A program made the position numbers and the translations under genes. From the NCBI GenBank assembly GCA_020536535.1, contig JAHLWZ010000455.1:120741-184740 (forward strand): a stretch of 64,000 bases of DNA. Direction: 5' to 3'. Positions 14,701-26,598 of this stretch are shown here, one piece after another. Source of the DNA: Pelomyxa schiedti. Its lineage: Eukaryota; Protista; Evosea. The notes beneath the pieces are model-generated. The model searched no databases. It was not told the origin of the DNA and worked only from the letters and a program-made list of their open reading frames with translations. Numbering within the stretch: position 1 is the first letter of the stretch; the number at the start of each line of letters is the position of its first letter.

Positions 14701-16855
14701 CACCCCAACAACCACACAGGAAACCACTGCACCTGAAACCAAGGCCGCAGTCCCTGAGACCACACTGGAGCCAACAATCACACAAGAAACCAGCGTGTCC
14801 GAACCTGTGGTGCCCGAACCCAAGTCAACAGCACCGGAAATCACACCCATCCAAACAACCACACAAGAAACCACTGTATCCGAAGCCAAACCCGCAGTCC
14901 CTGAGGCTATACCGGAACCAACAACCACACAAGAAATAACAGTTCCAGAATCCAAGCCAACTCTATCGACTACACAGGAAACCACAGTGCCAGAGCCCAT
15001 CGAGACCGAATCCAAATCCACTGTGACAACAGCACCTGAGAAACTAACAACTCCTCAGGAAACCGCGTTCCCACAATCTTTAATTCCAGAAGCAACTTCC
15101 GTCCCAAAGACCACACAGGAAACTGCAGCGCAATCCACAGTGCCAGAAGTAACTCCCGTTCCAACGGCCACACAGGCAACTAGTGCAGCGGAATCCACAT
15201 TGCCTGAAACAACACCCATTACTGTGACCACACAAGAAACCATACCAACGGAAGCGATTCCTAATCCAACCGCCCCACAGGAAACCATTACGTCAGACTC
15301 TACTGTACCCGAATCTAAACCCTCCGTGGCCGAGGCCACTCTAGAACCAACTACCACAGAGGCCACGATGCAAGTATCTGCAGTTCTGGAAACCACTTCG
15401 GAGCCAACAACCACACAAGAAACTAGCGTGTCAGAATCTGCTGTGCCTGAATCCAAAACAACAGAGCAGGAAGCCACTCCCATCCCAACAACCACACAGG
15501 AAACCACTGCACCTGAAACCAAATACACCGTGCCTGAAACCACTCCGGAGCCAACAACCACACAAGAAACCAGCGTGTCAGAATCTGTTGTGCCAGAATC
15601 GAAGTCAACAGCGCAGGAAACCACATCCATCCCAACAACCACACAAGAAACCAGCGCCTCAGAATCCGCCTTGCCTGAATCCAAGACAACAGAGCAGGAA
15701 GCCACACCCACCCCAACAACCACACAGGAAACCACTGCACCTGAAACCAAATCGACAGAGACTATCCCGGAGCCAACCACCACACAAGAAATCACAGTTC
15801 CACAAGCCACCTCAGAATCAACTATCACACAAGAAACCACTGCACCTGAAACCAAGGCCGCAGTCCCTGAGACCACACTGGAGCCAACAATCACACAAGA
15901 AACCAGCGTGTCCGAACCTGTGGTGCCCGAACCCAAATCCACAGTGCCTGAAGCCACACCCATCCAAACAACCACACAAGAAACCACTGTATCCGAAGCC
16001 AAACCCGCAGTCCCTGAGGCTATACCGGAACCAACAACCACAACAACACCTGAATTTTCACCTGCGGAAGTCACCCCTGATGCTACAGCCACACAGCAAA
16101 CCTTAGTTTCAGAATCTGTAGTCGCAAGTTTCAAACCCACAGTGGCAGAACCCCCTACACTGGTAGCCACACAGGAAACTATTGTGCCAGAGTCCACCGA
16201 CCCCGAATCCAAATCCACCGTTACAGAAGCCACACAAGAAACCACAGTGCCAGAATCCACAGATTTAGAAGTAGTACTTGATACAACAACCACACAGGAA
16301 ATCTCAGTTTCAGAAATAGAAGTGTCTTCAAAACCCAGTACAGTACCTGATTCCACATCCGTCCCAACCCTCACACACGAACCGGAAACCATCATACCCG
16401 AGTCCAAATCCACACCCGTTCCCGAAACCGTCGCCACACCAGAAACCACCACAGTTCCGCAACCACTAGGCACCCCCAGCCCAATCCAGGTACCCCAGAC
16501 ACCCAATAACGAGCAACCCAAACCCGTGAAACCACAGACCGCACCAAAGAAAAATAAACAGACAAAGTCCAAATCCAAATCTCAGCCACAGGCCAAGCCC
16601 AAGCCCAAGCCAGAGCCTAAGCCCAAGTCAAAGCCAGAGCCAGAATCCAAGCCCAAACCCAAGCCGAAGCCCAAGTCCGCAAAGAAAAAGCCACAGAAAG
16701 ACACAAAGGCTGAGGGCAAGCAGACTGCCGCCGTCAAGAAAACCAGGAAGGAAAAGAAGGCCGACCGCAACAACGAGTTCAATGTGGATGCGGAACTGGA
16801 AGCCCTGAAAAAGCGCATGAAGCGACGGAACCGCCACCACGGCCGCAAACATTAG
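8787..16855 (+). CDS. Giant ankyrin-repeat protein: N-terminal Cys/His Zn-binding motif, ankyrin array, Thr/Glu/Pro repeat region and Lys/Pro-rich tail
   Basis: Exon 1 MTDKCQCGRFDPDLWRRDRCKTCFHSNAQH splices (8891-9003) in frame into ORF 9098. Ankyrin motifs (GDTIAHLAV, GNTPLHNAS, ETPLHLAV, WNPIHLAC) over ~10260-13050. Short introns at ~13430-13580 link to the 1086-aa ORF ending at 16855. The single-gene join is plausible but unverified. Confidence 0.7.
14050..16300 (+). repeat. Coding tandem repeat, ~21-23 aa unit (TTQETxxPExKxTVPExTPEP), with higher-order block duplication
   Basis: Recurrent acaaccacaca(a/g)gaaacc. The block ETTAPETKAAVPETTLEPTITQETSVSEPVVPEPKS..AIPEPTTT occurs near-identically at ~14720-14930 and ~15833-16040. 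Confidence 0.9.
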
Positions 16856-17102
16856 TGGGCTCGCCCACTCAACCACCGCACACAAACACACCATACTACC
16901 TCACAGACAGTGGTAATAACCACAGTACACTTCTTACCTGGTGAGAAGTGTTCCCCTGTGCTCTGTGTACAAACAAACCCCTCTTTTTTTTCGTTATTTC
17001 GAAATAAAACCAACACAGGACCCCGACTTGGTGCCACACGCCAAGTTGCGTCCCGAAGTGTAAATAAATGACGGAAAAAATTGAAGATTTTAAACAAAAG
17101 CA

Positions 17103-19382
17103 ATGTCAACGGACCCACGGCAAGGTAAGGACAATGGTTTGCATAATTTTTTCGTTGTTTACGGAAAATCAGAAACAGCCAAGCTCAGGTACGTGGAGGA
17201 CTTGCAACAGTTGTACCCGGAAGTGTCCACTTCAGTAATCAACACCGTGGTCACTGAAAATAAGGGTGACCTCGATGCTGCCAACGGTAACTGAGGCACT
17301 TTACTTCCTGAAAAACTTAAAAACCCTGTTACAGGTCAACTCAAACAACTTTGTGGGGATATCAAGCACGTCGCCCCCGCGGCGGCCGACCCCGACGCCA
17401 CACAAACAGAGTCAGCCAAGGTTTGTTCACTCACTCTACGCTCTTGTCGCCCTTTTATCTGTCTTATGATGCGTCTCGCCCAGCTCGCAAACCTGCGTGG
17501 GATCTTCCACGATCACAGCGAGGAGCAGCTCCGCGATGCGTTGCGCGATTCTAACGGAGACCCCTCGGCGGCGGCCATGGCTCTCCTCACCGTGGAGCCG
17601 CCGCCGAAACCCGAGCCGCCAGCTTCGGAGCCGCCGTCACTGGCTGCCGACCCCCATCCCGCCGCACGGTACTCGCAGATTGTGCGCGACCTCGAGGAGG
17701 CAACGGCGGCTCTGGTCGCCGCCAAGCAGCGGGAGGCGGCGCAGCGGCAGCAGCAGCAGCAGCAGCCGAGGCCACTGTCGCCTCCTCGCCAGTCACCATC
17801 CTCCAATGCTGCTGCTGCTGCTGCTTCTGCTACTCATGCTCCTGTCAATAATCCTTTTGCAACAGCCGATACCACCCTTCCTGCCATTTCTACCGACACC
17901 ACACCAACGTCTGCTGCAAGTGCTTCAAGCACCCCTGAAGAGACGCCGTTCGCACTCCCTAGACAAGAAACACCGCCGTCCACCCCAGTGTCACGGTCTC
18001 CACCTCCGAAGGATCCTTACCACACAGCAGAGAACGAAGGGTTTGTTTCTCTCATACTCTTCCCCCTTTCTTATTTCTATGCAGTCATTTCAGTAAATAC
18101 AGACCCGTTTTCGATCCTGTGCAAGTTGTGGCTCCAGATATACCCTTCCCGTTACCCGAGACTGACAATACAACGCAAGTCATGCCTTCCACTCCACTTC
18201 CCGCGCCACCTCAAGCACGTGACCAGTTGTGTATCCCTCAACCTATGACAATTCAAGGTATTAAACAACATATTAGGAGCGATGTGATCAAGAGTTTATT
18301 TGACCCAAAGCCATCTCCCACACAGACCAACACAGTAGCCACTGCTGAAGTTCTGACAGTCAAGTTGGTACGCTCGAGCCCTCCACATGAATTATATAAC
18401 GGGTGAAATTTGTAGAAAGAAGACAGACCAGATATTATTCAGTGCAGCTGGGATTTGCGTAGCTACATCCCAAACCCAAGTGATTGGATTGCCTTGTTCA
18501 TACATGACCGAGAATTTTCACATTCCCAATACGAGTATCTTGGCTCCCAGTCCGCAGGCACTCTTTGCTTCAAACCTGTGAAGGTACAATTTCCTTTACC
18601 TTTCCCTACTGACTTTTGAGGTAGGATGGCTATTATGACGTTCGAATATACAATGCTGGCAGTCCACCCACTTCGCCACGACTTAAATCAGACCCAATAT
18701 TAGTTGGGTCTATAGTTAAAGTTTCTGCACGTGTCGTTGGGGGCAGTGTGCCAAAAATTGCTGTGACCTGGACTTTACCCGCTAGCCCAGTCTTGTGTAG
18801 TGCTTCGGATTGGATTGGTCTTTACGAGAATGTAAGCAAGCCCCTTTTTCCCTTCTCTCCTGAGCTTTTTCCACTAGTCCACCCGTAGCAACCGGTTATA
18901 CTTGAGCTGGGCCTCCTGTGAAAAATCCTGCGTTTTATTTGATATCCCCAAAGCCCCAGAACTGTATGACGTGAGGTACTTCAAAGCCGGGTCAGGGAAC
19001 GCCTACAGTGGTCATTGTTCTATTGCCGTACCAAATCTAAATGATATACAAGTTACAGCGTAAGTTGTCTACTGTAACTACCTTTAAGTATTAACCAATT
19101 ACCAACAGTGCAGACTCTTTCTTACAAGTAACTTGGATGTGCATGACTCACCCCTCATCAACCTGGGATTGGGTGGGGCTCTTCCGCGTTCCCGGGGGTG
19201 TTGCCGAAGCAGAGAGAGTCACATGGAACTACTGCTCCAAAGGGTCATTGTACTCCCACCACGGCAACTGTGGGGTTGTAAGATTTGATGCCTCTTCTCT
19301 CCCTCGTGGTGAGTACCAAGCCAGATACTGGAACAAGACCCAGAATAGCTTCCTCCTCACTCGTTCCTTTACCAAAATGTAA
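17103..19382 (+). CDS. Tandem CUE (ubiquitin-binding) domain protein with C-terminal SKICH-like domains
   Basis: Two CUE-like helices (LQQLYPEVSTSVINTVVTENKGDLDAA; LRGIFHDHSEEQLRDALRDSNGDPSAAAMALL), a Pro/Ser linker, and repeated beta modules with DWIGLY / DWVGLF and YDVRY / YQARY motifs. Confidence 0.65.
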
Positions 19383-19538
19383 TAATATAGTCATACTTTA
19401 TTTTTTGTTTGTTGTTGTTGTCAGTACAGCAACGCTACCTTTTGTCTTCCAACATTTTTCTTGGAAAAGCACGAATAAACAGTTTTCGCTCAGAGACGAA
19501 AAAAACAAGGAAAAAAAAAATTAACCAACAAAGTTGTC

Positions 19539-20318
19539 ATGGCGCAGCACCCTGATGTATGGAAAGGGCACCACTGGGACGACGAGGGAGCGGCGTCGCG
19601 GCCTTGGGTAGTCACCACATCGCAAGACAGCTTCACTGAGTCTTTCGAGAACGACCACTTGGTGTTCCTGATCGGCCCGACCAACGAGGACACGCCGTGG
19701 CGGCGGCCGTTCTTGGAATCGGTGACCACCAGGTGCCCCTGGGGGACCCTGAGGAAGAGGGTGGTGTTTGTTATACCAGAGACCAGGAGCGGGTTCTGGA
19801 ACAACATGATGGGGCAGAAGTTCTGGCGAGAGAACCCCAAGAGGTTCTTTGAGTGTGGTGCCATAATCGGCCCGCTGCAGCTGGGCTGGGAGCAGAAGCA
19901 CATCCTGCGCATACTCGGTAATCCAGAGTCCGGGACCATTGCATCTTGGGCTGATGTCAGCTTCTCCACCAACATTGGCCCTACGTACCGCTTTGAATGC
20001 GGCCAGTGCGCCCCAAGCAGCGCATTGATACACGGTGAGCCGCGGTCTGCCGAGAAGATGGACTGGATGCACTGTGCCCTGAGCAGCGACTGGCTACAGC
20101 AGAACCTGGCCGCAATTGCTGCTGGGGGAACGGGGGCACCCACTGCGCAAGACGTGAAGACCAGGATGACCGGCCCGGTATTTGCTCACTCACTGGACGA
20201 GCTGGCAAACAGGGTAATTGCCAGGATATGCAGGCTGTGTGGGGCCGATACTTCACCATCAGTGACGACAACCACCACACCTACCCCCACTGAAACACCA
20301 ACAAAGTCCCACAGTTAA
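19539..20318 (+). CDS. Intronless nucleoside 2-deoxyribosyltransferase-like (DRHyd/TIR-like fold) protein
   Basis: Uninterrupted 259-aa ORF. LVFLIGPT..PWR, VVFVIPE.R, QLGWE, IASW, PTYRFECG and IHGEPRSAEKMDW follow the pattern recalled for the Nuc_deoxyri_tr2-type family (VFLAGP..WR..F.PE..Q..WE..FW..T..E.G). Confidence 0.6.
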   Translation: MAQHPDVWKGHHWDDEGAASRPWVVTTSQDSFTESFENDHLVFLIGPTNEDTPWRRPFLESVTTRCPWGTLRKRVVFVIPETRSGFWNNMMGQKFWRENPKRFFECGAIIGPLQLGWEQKHILRILGNPESGTIASWADVSFSTNIGPTYRFECGQCAPSSALIHGEPRSAEKMDWMHCALSSDWLQQNLAAIAAGGTGAPTAQDVKTRMTGPVFAHSLDELANRVIARICRLCGADTSPSVTTTTTPTPTETPTKSHS

Positions 20319-20915
20319 CCTTATTGAATTCTAATGCTAGCATGCTAGCAGTTCTCTGTTGCCTTTTCCTCCCTGCACAGACATAATAGAAAACAAACCC
20401 AAGAAAAGAAAAAAAAAAGGGGTTGATGACAGTGCAACCTCCGATTGGAACCCCCACTCAGCCCCGTTTTCCTGTGACCGCCCTCAGCGCCCGCTTTTGA
20501 ATGTTCCGTTTCCGGCCTCTTCCGCTGCGCAGCGTCATTAAACGAACCACGGTGCTAAGGCTGCCCCTGGCAACGTTGTTCACTGAAGGCTTCCCAGGGC
20601 GCGGCTGTAAACGCAGCGAGCTCCTCCTGAAAGCTACACCATCACCAACCCCGAATTTAAACTCCCCCACAGCCGGGAATCCTCAGAAATAAATTGTCCT
20701 GCCGAATACTTATGGGAATCTCACTGAGACGAAGCCCCTTGATGCACATTCCAAAGAATACAACTCTGCTCCGGTGCACTGTGGTAAGTTGGTTGTGTTT
20801 GTTGCTGAGAGGTGCTCTATGTGCTATCGTTCGGAGTGTGGAATTTACTTGAACTGGGATACCTTGAAAACGCGGTTGGAAAGCAAGAACTCGAATCAAA
20901 AACACCTCGCGTTCG

Positions 20916-23900
20916 ATGAGTCGGTTTGATGACGGGGAGTTCGTAGACGATGGCGAGTTCGTCGATGACGGGGACGAACCGGAGTTAGAGGCAGACCTCC
21001 TCGAGGCTGAGCCGGATCAAGATGGGGAGCGCGCGCGAGAAAAAGAAGAAAAGGAGCTGCCACCCTCGCTCCTGTCCAGCTACGAGCCGGCCGCCGACTT
21101 TGAGGAGAGCGGCGCCGCCCCGCCGCCTGCCCCGCCGCCGCCCCCGCCGGTCGCAGCGGCCTCCTGCGACCCCGGGTCGCCCCGCTCCCGCGACACCCAG
21201 CCCGAGCCGTCCCTCGTAAGCGCCATCAAGGACGGCGTGCAGCTCCGCAAGTCCCTCGCCAGCGTCGTCTCGGAGGCCTACGCGGCCGACCTGACCTTGG
21301 GCAGACAGGCCCAGCATGGCAGCGTCAGCGACGGCGTCAGCGACAGCGACGGCGATGGCGACGGCTACGGCGACGCCGACGGCTACGACGTCGCATCCAG
21401 TGTCCGCAGTGCAACGCCGGGCGAGAAAAGCGAGAAGAACCGGCGTAAAAAGTCAGAAAAGGCGTCGGCGGCCTCGTCGTCGTCGTCGAGCGGGAGTATG
21501 AGCAGAAGCTCTTCCCCTCAACCTGGCAAGATGAGGTGCCTAGTTGTTAGCGGAGGCTCGGGAGGGGCGCCAGCCGCGGATAAAGATAAGTCCCTGACAC
21601 CTGAGCCCAATTCATTTGGTTCTGGGAGGGGAATGGCGCGTGTCTGCAAGCCCAAGCTCGCCACCTCAGATCAAAGGAACAAGTCGGATATGAATTCCTC
21701 CCTCAGCCTCTTGGAAACTGATAGTCTGGGCTTGGAGGACAAGAGCAACAGCTTCAAGGGCTCGAGGAAGAGCCGTGGCCTGCGCCTCTCCCTGTTCTCT
21801 TCATCAGAGAAGAAGAAGAAACCAGCCCCAAAACGGCAGGAGGAGGCGCCCGGCAAGGCAGCTAACAGAGCCCCACCACCTGGCAAGTGGGGGAGCGTCG
21901 CTGCCGCCACCTCCATGCTCCCAGGTTGCCTTTCGACTTCGTGTAGCTCGGTTCCTGTGCCCCAATCTCTCCCGGCGCCCCCACCTTCCCCATTAATATG
22001 CCCTCCCCCACTCTCGACGTTTACATCTTCTGCTCCTTCATGCGCTCCTGCTTCAAGTTTCAGAAGCTCGATCTCCAGCTCGAGCTCGAGTTCGAGTTCG
22101 AGTTCGGCCTCTTCTAGCTCTGAGACCACTGTATGTCCGCCGAGAGTCCCTGCTCAACCCACCTGGAAAAAAACTGCCGGGAGGGGGTCAAGCTCCGGTT
22201 CTGTGACGATGGGAAACAGGCCCAACGCCAACGTCAGAAATGTATACAACGTTGACAACTTGTCTCTAACAAGATCGCCAAGTTGTGGCACATCTCACAC
22301 ACCACTATTTGAAGCTGCTAGAAGAGCCGGTGTGCCAAATACTGTTAATGTTGTAGAACTTTGCTTGTCTAGGGCTGAGGCCTCTTACCTAAAGTATTTG
22401 ACCATTGAAGAAGCTGCCTCTATTTCTTTGTACACATACGACTTCAGTAATTCTGCACAGCATGATGTGCTTCCCTCCTATTTATTTTTTCCCACTCATT
22501 CAATTCAAGAAAAACCCCTTCCGGTTGTTGAATCAAGCTTTATTTAGTCAGCAAGAAAAGGAACTCTCTACAGTTGCCGATTTACTCATCTGTCTATTGT
22601 CGGCACTGCGGAAATTGCCAAAGGTGCATCTCCCCGTCCTATACAGGGGGATCACAAAGAGGGTCACTGTGGGTGGCTTATACAGCAAAGGAAAGACAAT
22701 TAATTGGAGAACTTTCTCTTCCACAAGCACAGAAGAAACAGTTTCAAGAAAGTTTCTCTCGATTCCATCCTTTTTACATATATTAAACCAACCAACTACG
22801 ACACGCCTCACGCTTGGTATAGATTCTTGATTGATGCCGCAGGAAAGCCAGATGGAACCTTGTTCGTTATCCGAGGAAAGTCCTGGGGCTACAATGTACA
22901 ACCTTTTTCCTTGATTCCAATGGAAAAAGGCAAGCTCGCTTCTCGTTATTACAGAACTGAACTAACACCTTACCAGAAATCCTCCTCGAGCCAAATGTAA
23001 GCTTTAAAGTCGTAAATGTTGTTGCAGGGCCTCCTGTCGTTGTGGAACTGGAAATGGAAGATGTGGAGCTGATTCTTTCCAGTGCCGCCCCACCACTGTG
23101 GCCATCAGAGGATATTGTCGACCTGGAGGCCATCTCAGAAACCTCCGCTGAGCGCCGTAGGTCTCCTCCTCTAGCTAATGGTGAATTGCCACAACCTTCA
23201 AGGAGTGACTCCACCAACTCCTCAGGCACAACAACAAACATTCCGCAACCAACCAGAGGAGAAACTCCAGACAATCAACTAAAGCCAGCCCCGCCCCAAC
23301 CCACAAGGACATCCACCCCAACTGCCACAATCCCTCAGCCCACAAGGACCTCCTCCCCGCTTACCAATTCCTCCAATCCTCCGCACAGCTCAAGCCCAAT
23401 GCCCCAGCCCACCAGGGCCATCCCGCCCTCGCCCTCCCCCTCCCCCTCGTCACCCGACCACACCCCGCCCTCCGAGGTCCACGCCACCCGGACTGTTCCT
23501 CCCCTCCCCGCCGCTTCCTCGTCCCCTCCTCCGTCCTCGCCCGAGGTCCACGCCTCCCGCGTCGTCGTGTCCCCCCACGCCACCCCGGCTCCCACTCCCT
23601 ACCCCACCCGCACAGTCCCGGGGGCATCGGAGCCTCAGCAGCCAACGCCCGCATCCCCCCACGCCACCAGGGTCATCACTCCACAGCCGGCGGCGGAATC
23701 CCCGCACGCCGTCCGAGTCATAACCCCGCCGGCACCCAGCGCCGTGGACACCCAGCACTGCCACGCATCACGCGTGATTCCGCCTGCATCGACACCCCCG
23801 ATTCCATCCAATTCACCGCCCCCAACTGCTGAGGTGCATGCCTCAAGGGTGGTTGTCATCCCACAGTCCCATCATAGCCGCAATCAAGAGCGAGAAGTAG

Positions 23901-24097
23901 AGGAGAATGAGGCAGAGGGGGACAGCAACACTTCTGCTATAAATGAGCCCAACCCAGTACTAGTGAGCCCAACGAAAGTGGACACCTTTGCCTCTGCAGT
24001 GGAGAGGAAAGATGACTTGTTGTCATTCCTTGGTGCAGCTGTGGTTGTTGGTGCTTCAATAAGTGGACCCGGGAAGAAGAAAACAAAACACAACTAA
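20916..24097 (+). CDS. Mono-ADP-ribosyltransferase (R-S-E class) with N-terminal polyproline + WH2-like motif and low-complexity tails
   Basis: SISLYTYDF..NPFRLLNQAL..LRKLP..LYRG..WRTFSSTS..GTLFVI..GYNVQPFSLIPMEK|EILLEPN. The catalytic E codon is split by a GC-AG intron at 22930-22976. WH2-like SLVSAIKDGVQLRKS at ~21210-21254. Confidence 0.82.
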
Positions 24098-24155
24098 ACG
24101 TGTGGTAGCTAGATAAATTGTAAATTAAAGAAAAGTATGTTTTTGTGGTTCCAAA

Positions 24156-26322
24156 TCAATCTTCATAGTAATTGGTATTCACACAGGAGTCGCGAAGGCA
24201 ACCGGGTCCCTCCTCCTGATACTGCTGAAGATGAGATAATGGATGTACTAACTGGAAGGAACACACTTGTTGCCGCGAAATGGCGGCAGTACTATGGAGA
24301 GAGACATCTGAAGCAAGCAAAGCCCCGCCGCGCCAAGCATCGACAATAGCATCTCTGGCGGAGTATATGTTGAAAGGAGTGCTGAATTGGGTTGAGTGGA
24401 AGTGTTGGTACAAAATTCCTCCTTACTCCATTGGTAGTATTCTTCGGATTTCACTGGAGAGTCTCTCATCAAAGCAAGGAAATTTAGTATTCCCACCAGT
24501 GATGAAAACGTTCTGGTTTGGTCTAAGAAATCACGCATAGTGATGGCGCCAAACCTGGGCACAGGCAGGCCAAAGTCTAACCACGGATTCTATTGCTTCA
24601 GCTAGGCCCATTTGATTAACACCAACAAGCCCAGGCTTGTGGCAGTGAGTGTTACCATAAGGGGAAGAAGTGCTTGCCTGAAATACAATTTCTGGTATCC
24701 TTATTCTTTCCACAGCTATCACGATTTGTTGTTCAGTTTCGTCCTGTGAAACTTAAGACATTGTAGGAAGGACTAACCCTCACATCATCGGCACTGGAGC
24801 CATCTTGTTCAAGGTCGTCACTTTCTGAGCCCTAAGAATGGTTAAATTAGAAAGGAAACAAAGACTTTTGTGAAAAGAGACTCGTGTCATACGTGGGTTC
24901 TAGAGGATTTCTGTGGAGGGGGATTCTCAAAGTTCTTGTGCTTGGCGAAAGTTTTCCGTGCCCTACTTACAGCAGTGCTTACATTGTGGATGGCTTTTCG
25001 TAATTCTTCTTCAGTCATATTTAGTTTATCAAGTTTCCTCTGTACTCAAAATGTTGTTGGTTGTGTGAGACAGAGTTAAGTTTTAACCTCGTATGATGCA
25101 TGATCTACTGGCTTCAGTTGAGAGACTTCACGTAATCTTTGTAAATATGCTTCCTAACACAAATCATTAGTCACAGTCCGGGTTGCGGTGGTGCCTACCC
25201 TCTCTGACTGCTTTTTCCTCGCCTGTTCAAGGGCTCTTAACTGTTTTTCGTCCTTTCTCTTCTTTTTCAGCTCTTCAACCTTTTCTTCTTCTGTTTTCTA
25301 CTGCAGTGAGAAGAGGGAAAAAGGCCTGTGAAGCTTACGGGTATTCTAAGGAAAACGCTTTTGGTGAGAGCAGTATCAGGATCAGCAAAACTCATGAGTT
25401 CTGATAGATAAAACTGCGGTGCTGTGTACATGTGATGCTCTTTGATGTGTTGCGCCCGTGCGTTTGTCATTACGTGTGACAGTGTGGGATACTTCACACA
25501 AAGGAACTGTTGCAACAAACGGGTTCCATGGAACCCCCCAACTGACAGCCTATGTCAATTTTTCATGTTTGGGTGTATGGAACGTGGTGACTGAAATTTA
25601 TTGTGGTTGAGGCATTGCAAGCTTGGAGTTCAAATACCTTTTGGATAAGTTTGGAATCCATATTCCATCGACAATCGGTAACACGTGAGTTGTGTACTGC
25701 CCTGAGGATATTACAAGTGCGTTCCTAGTCCAACATTACACAGGTTGCATCATGAGGGCGGAATGCCTGGCTGGGATTTTATTTTGGATGAAACTGAAAA
25801 GAGCATCAACTCCATATGCAACTGAAGGCACACCGTACACTTCAAATAACAATTCCGACATCACTAAAACAAGAATTAATGTAGAGTGCTGAAATTTTGA
25901 GTACTACGAACAAGATCTGGCAGCAGGGGTATTGCATGGTACCTCACTCACAACAACAGGGTGCTCTATTGAAGCTGTATCAATGCCAAGACCACTGAAA
26001 ACATAGTCCAAGATGACTTCCTACTAATATTAACTACGTAGTGTACTAGATCTAGATTCGCACCTGGCAAACAGGGTCAACAAGCAACCCATTTCTGAAG
26101 GGAGAGCACGGATTGGTCACGTTGTGTGAATCCTCATCCCAGTTAATGACAACAGAATTCCCTTCCACACACGGGGTGAACATCACTATACAATACGTTA
26201 AAGTAGAATTAAGCCCCACCTTTCATACATCTCGGATAGGAATCCACAGAAAATCCAGCCTTGCACTGATAAGTGCCTGAATGACAACATGAGAACGTGG
26301 AAAAACGCCAAGCCGCCCCCCC

Positions 26323-26353
<31 letters not shown>

Positions 26354-26598
26354 AAACCACCGTTGTCGATAACAATGGCAGGAGGAGACCGATGGTGCTG
26401 TGGGTGGTATCTGCGGTTGTAGTCCGTAGTAGTGACCGCGTCAAAACGGTTACGAGTAGGGAACCCAACGTCCAAAACGACCACACCACCTCCGCCCCCA
26501 CCCCCACCACCCGCGCCCCCGGCCCCAACCCCGGCGGTGGCTCCTCCTCCCCCTGACGACCCCCCGCTCGATGCTCCCCCTGGTGTCGCTGTGCGCAT
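24156..26598 (-). CDS. ACTR5: Actin-related protein 5 (INO80 complex)
   Basis: IVIDNG|TYQCKAGF, ELLFEVYGVPSVAYGVDALFSF, LLQQFLCVKYP..HIKEHHMY, ERIRIPEIVFQ|PGLVGVNQMGLAE, NVFITGGN, DAWRGGA, plus a charged central insertion typical of Arp5. Confidence 0.9.

Noticed and set aside
14050-16300. Regularly spaced repeats resembling a CRISPR array
   Set aside because: In-frame coding repeats with related, not unique, spacers; eukaryotic context and no cas genes.
13954-16578. Long antisense ORFs (355 and 507 aa) and shifted-frame ORFs
   Set aside because: Shadows of the low-complexity TEP repeat; no independent coding signal.
24097-24156. Tail-to-tail adjacency of the WH2-ART and ARP5 as a functional actin link
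   Set aside because: Arp5 is a nuclear INO80 subunit, and tight convergent spacing is common throughout this window.
26315-26356. Long poly-C/poly-A run in an ARP5 intron (G-quadruplex candidate)
   Set aside because: Simple homopolymer of unreliable length; no further support.
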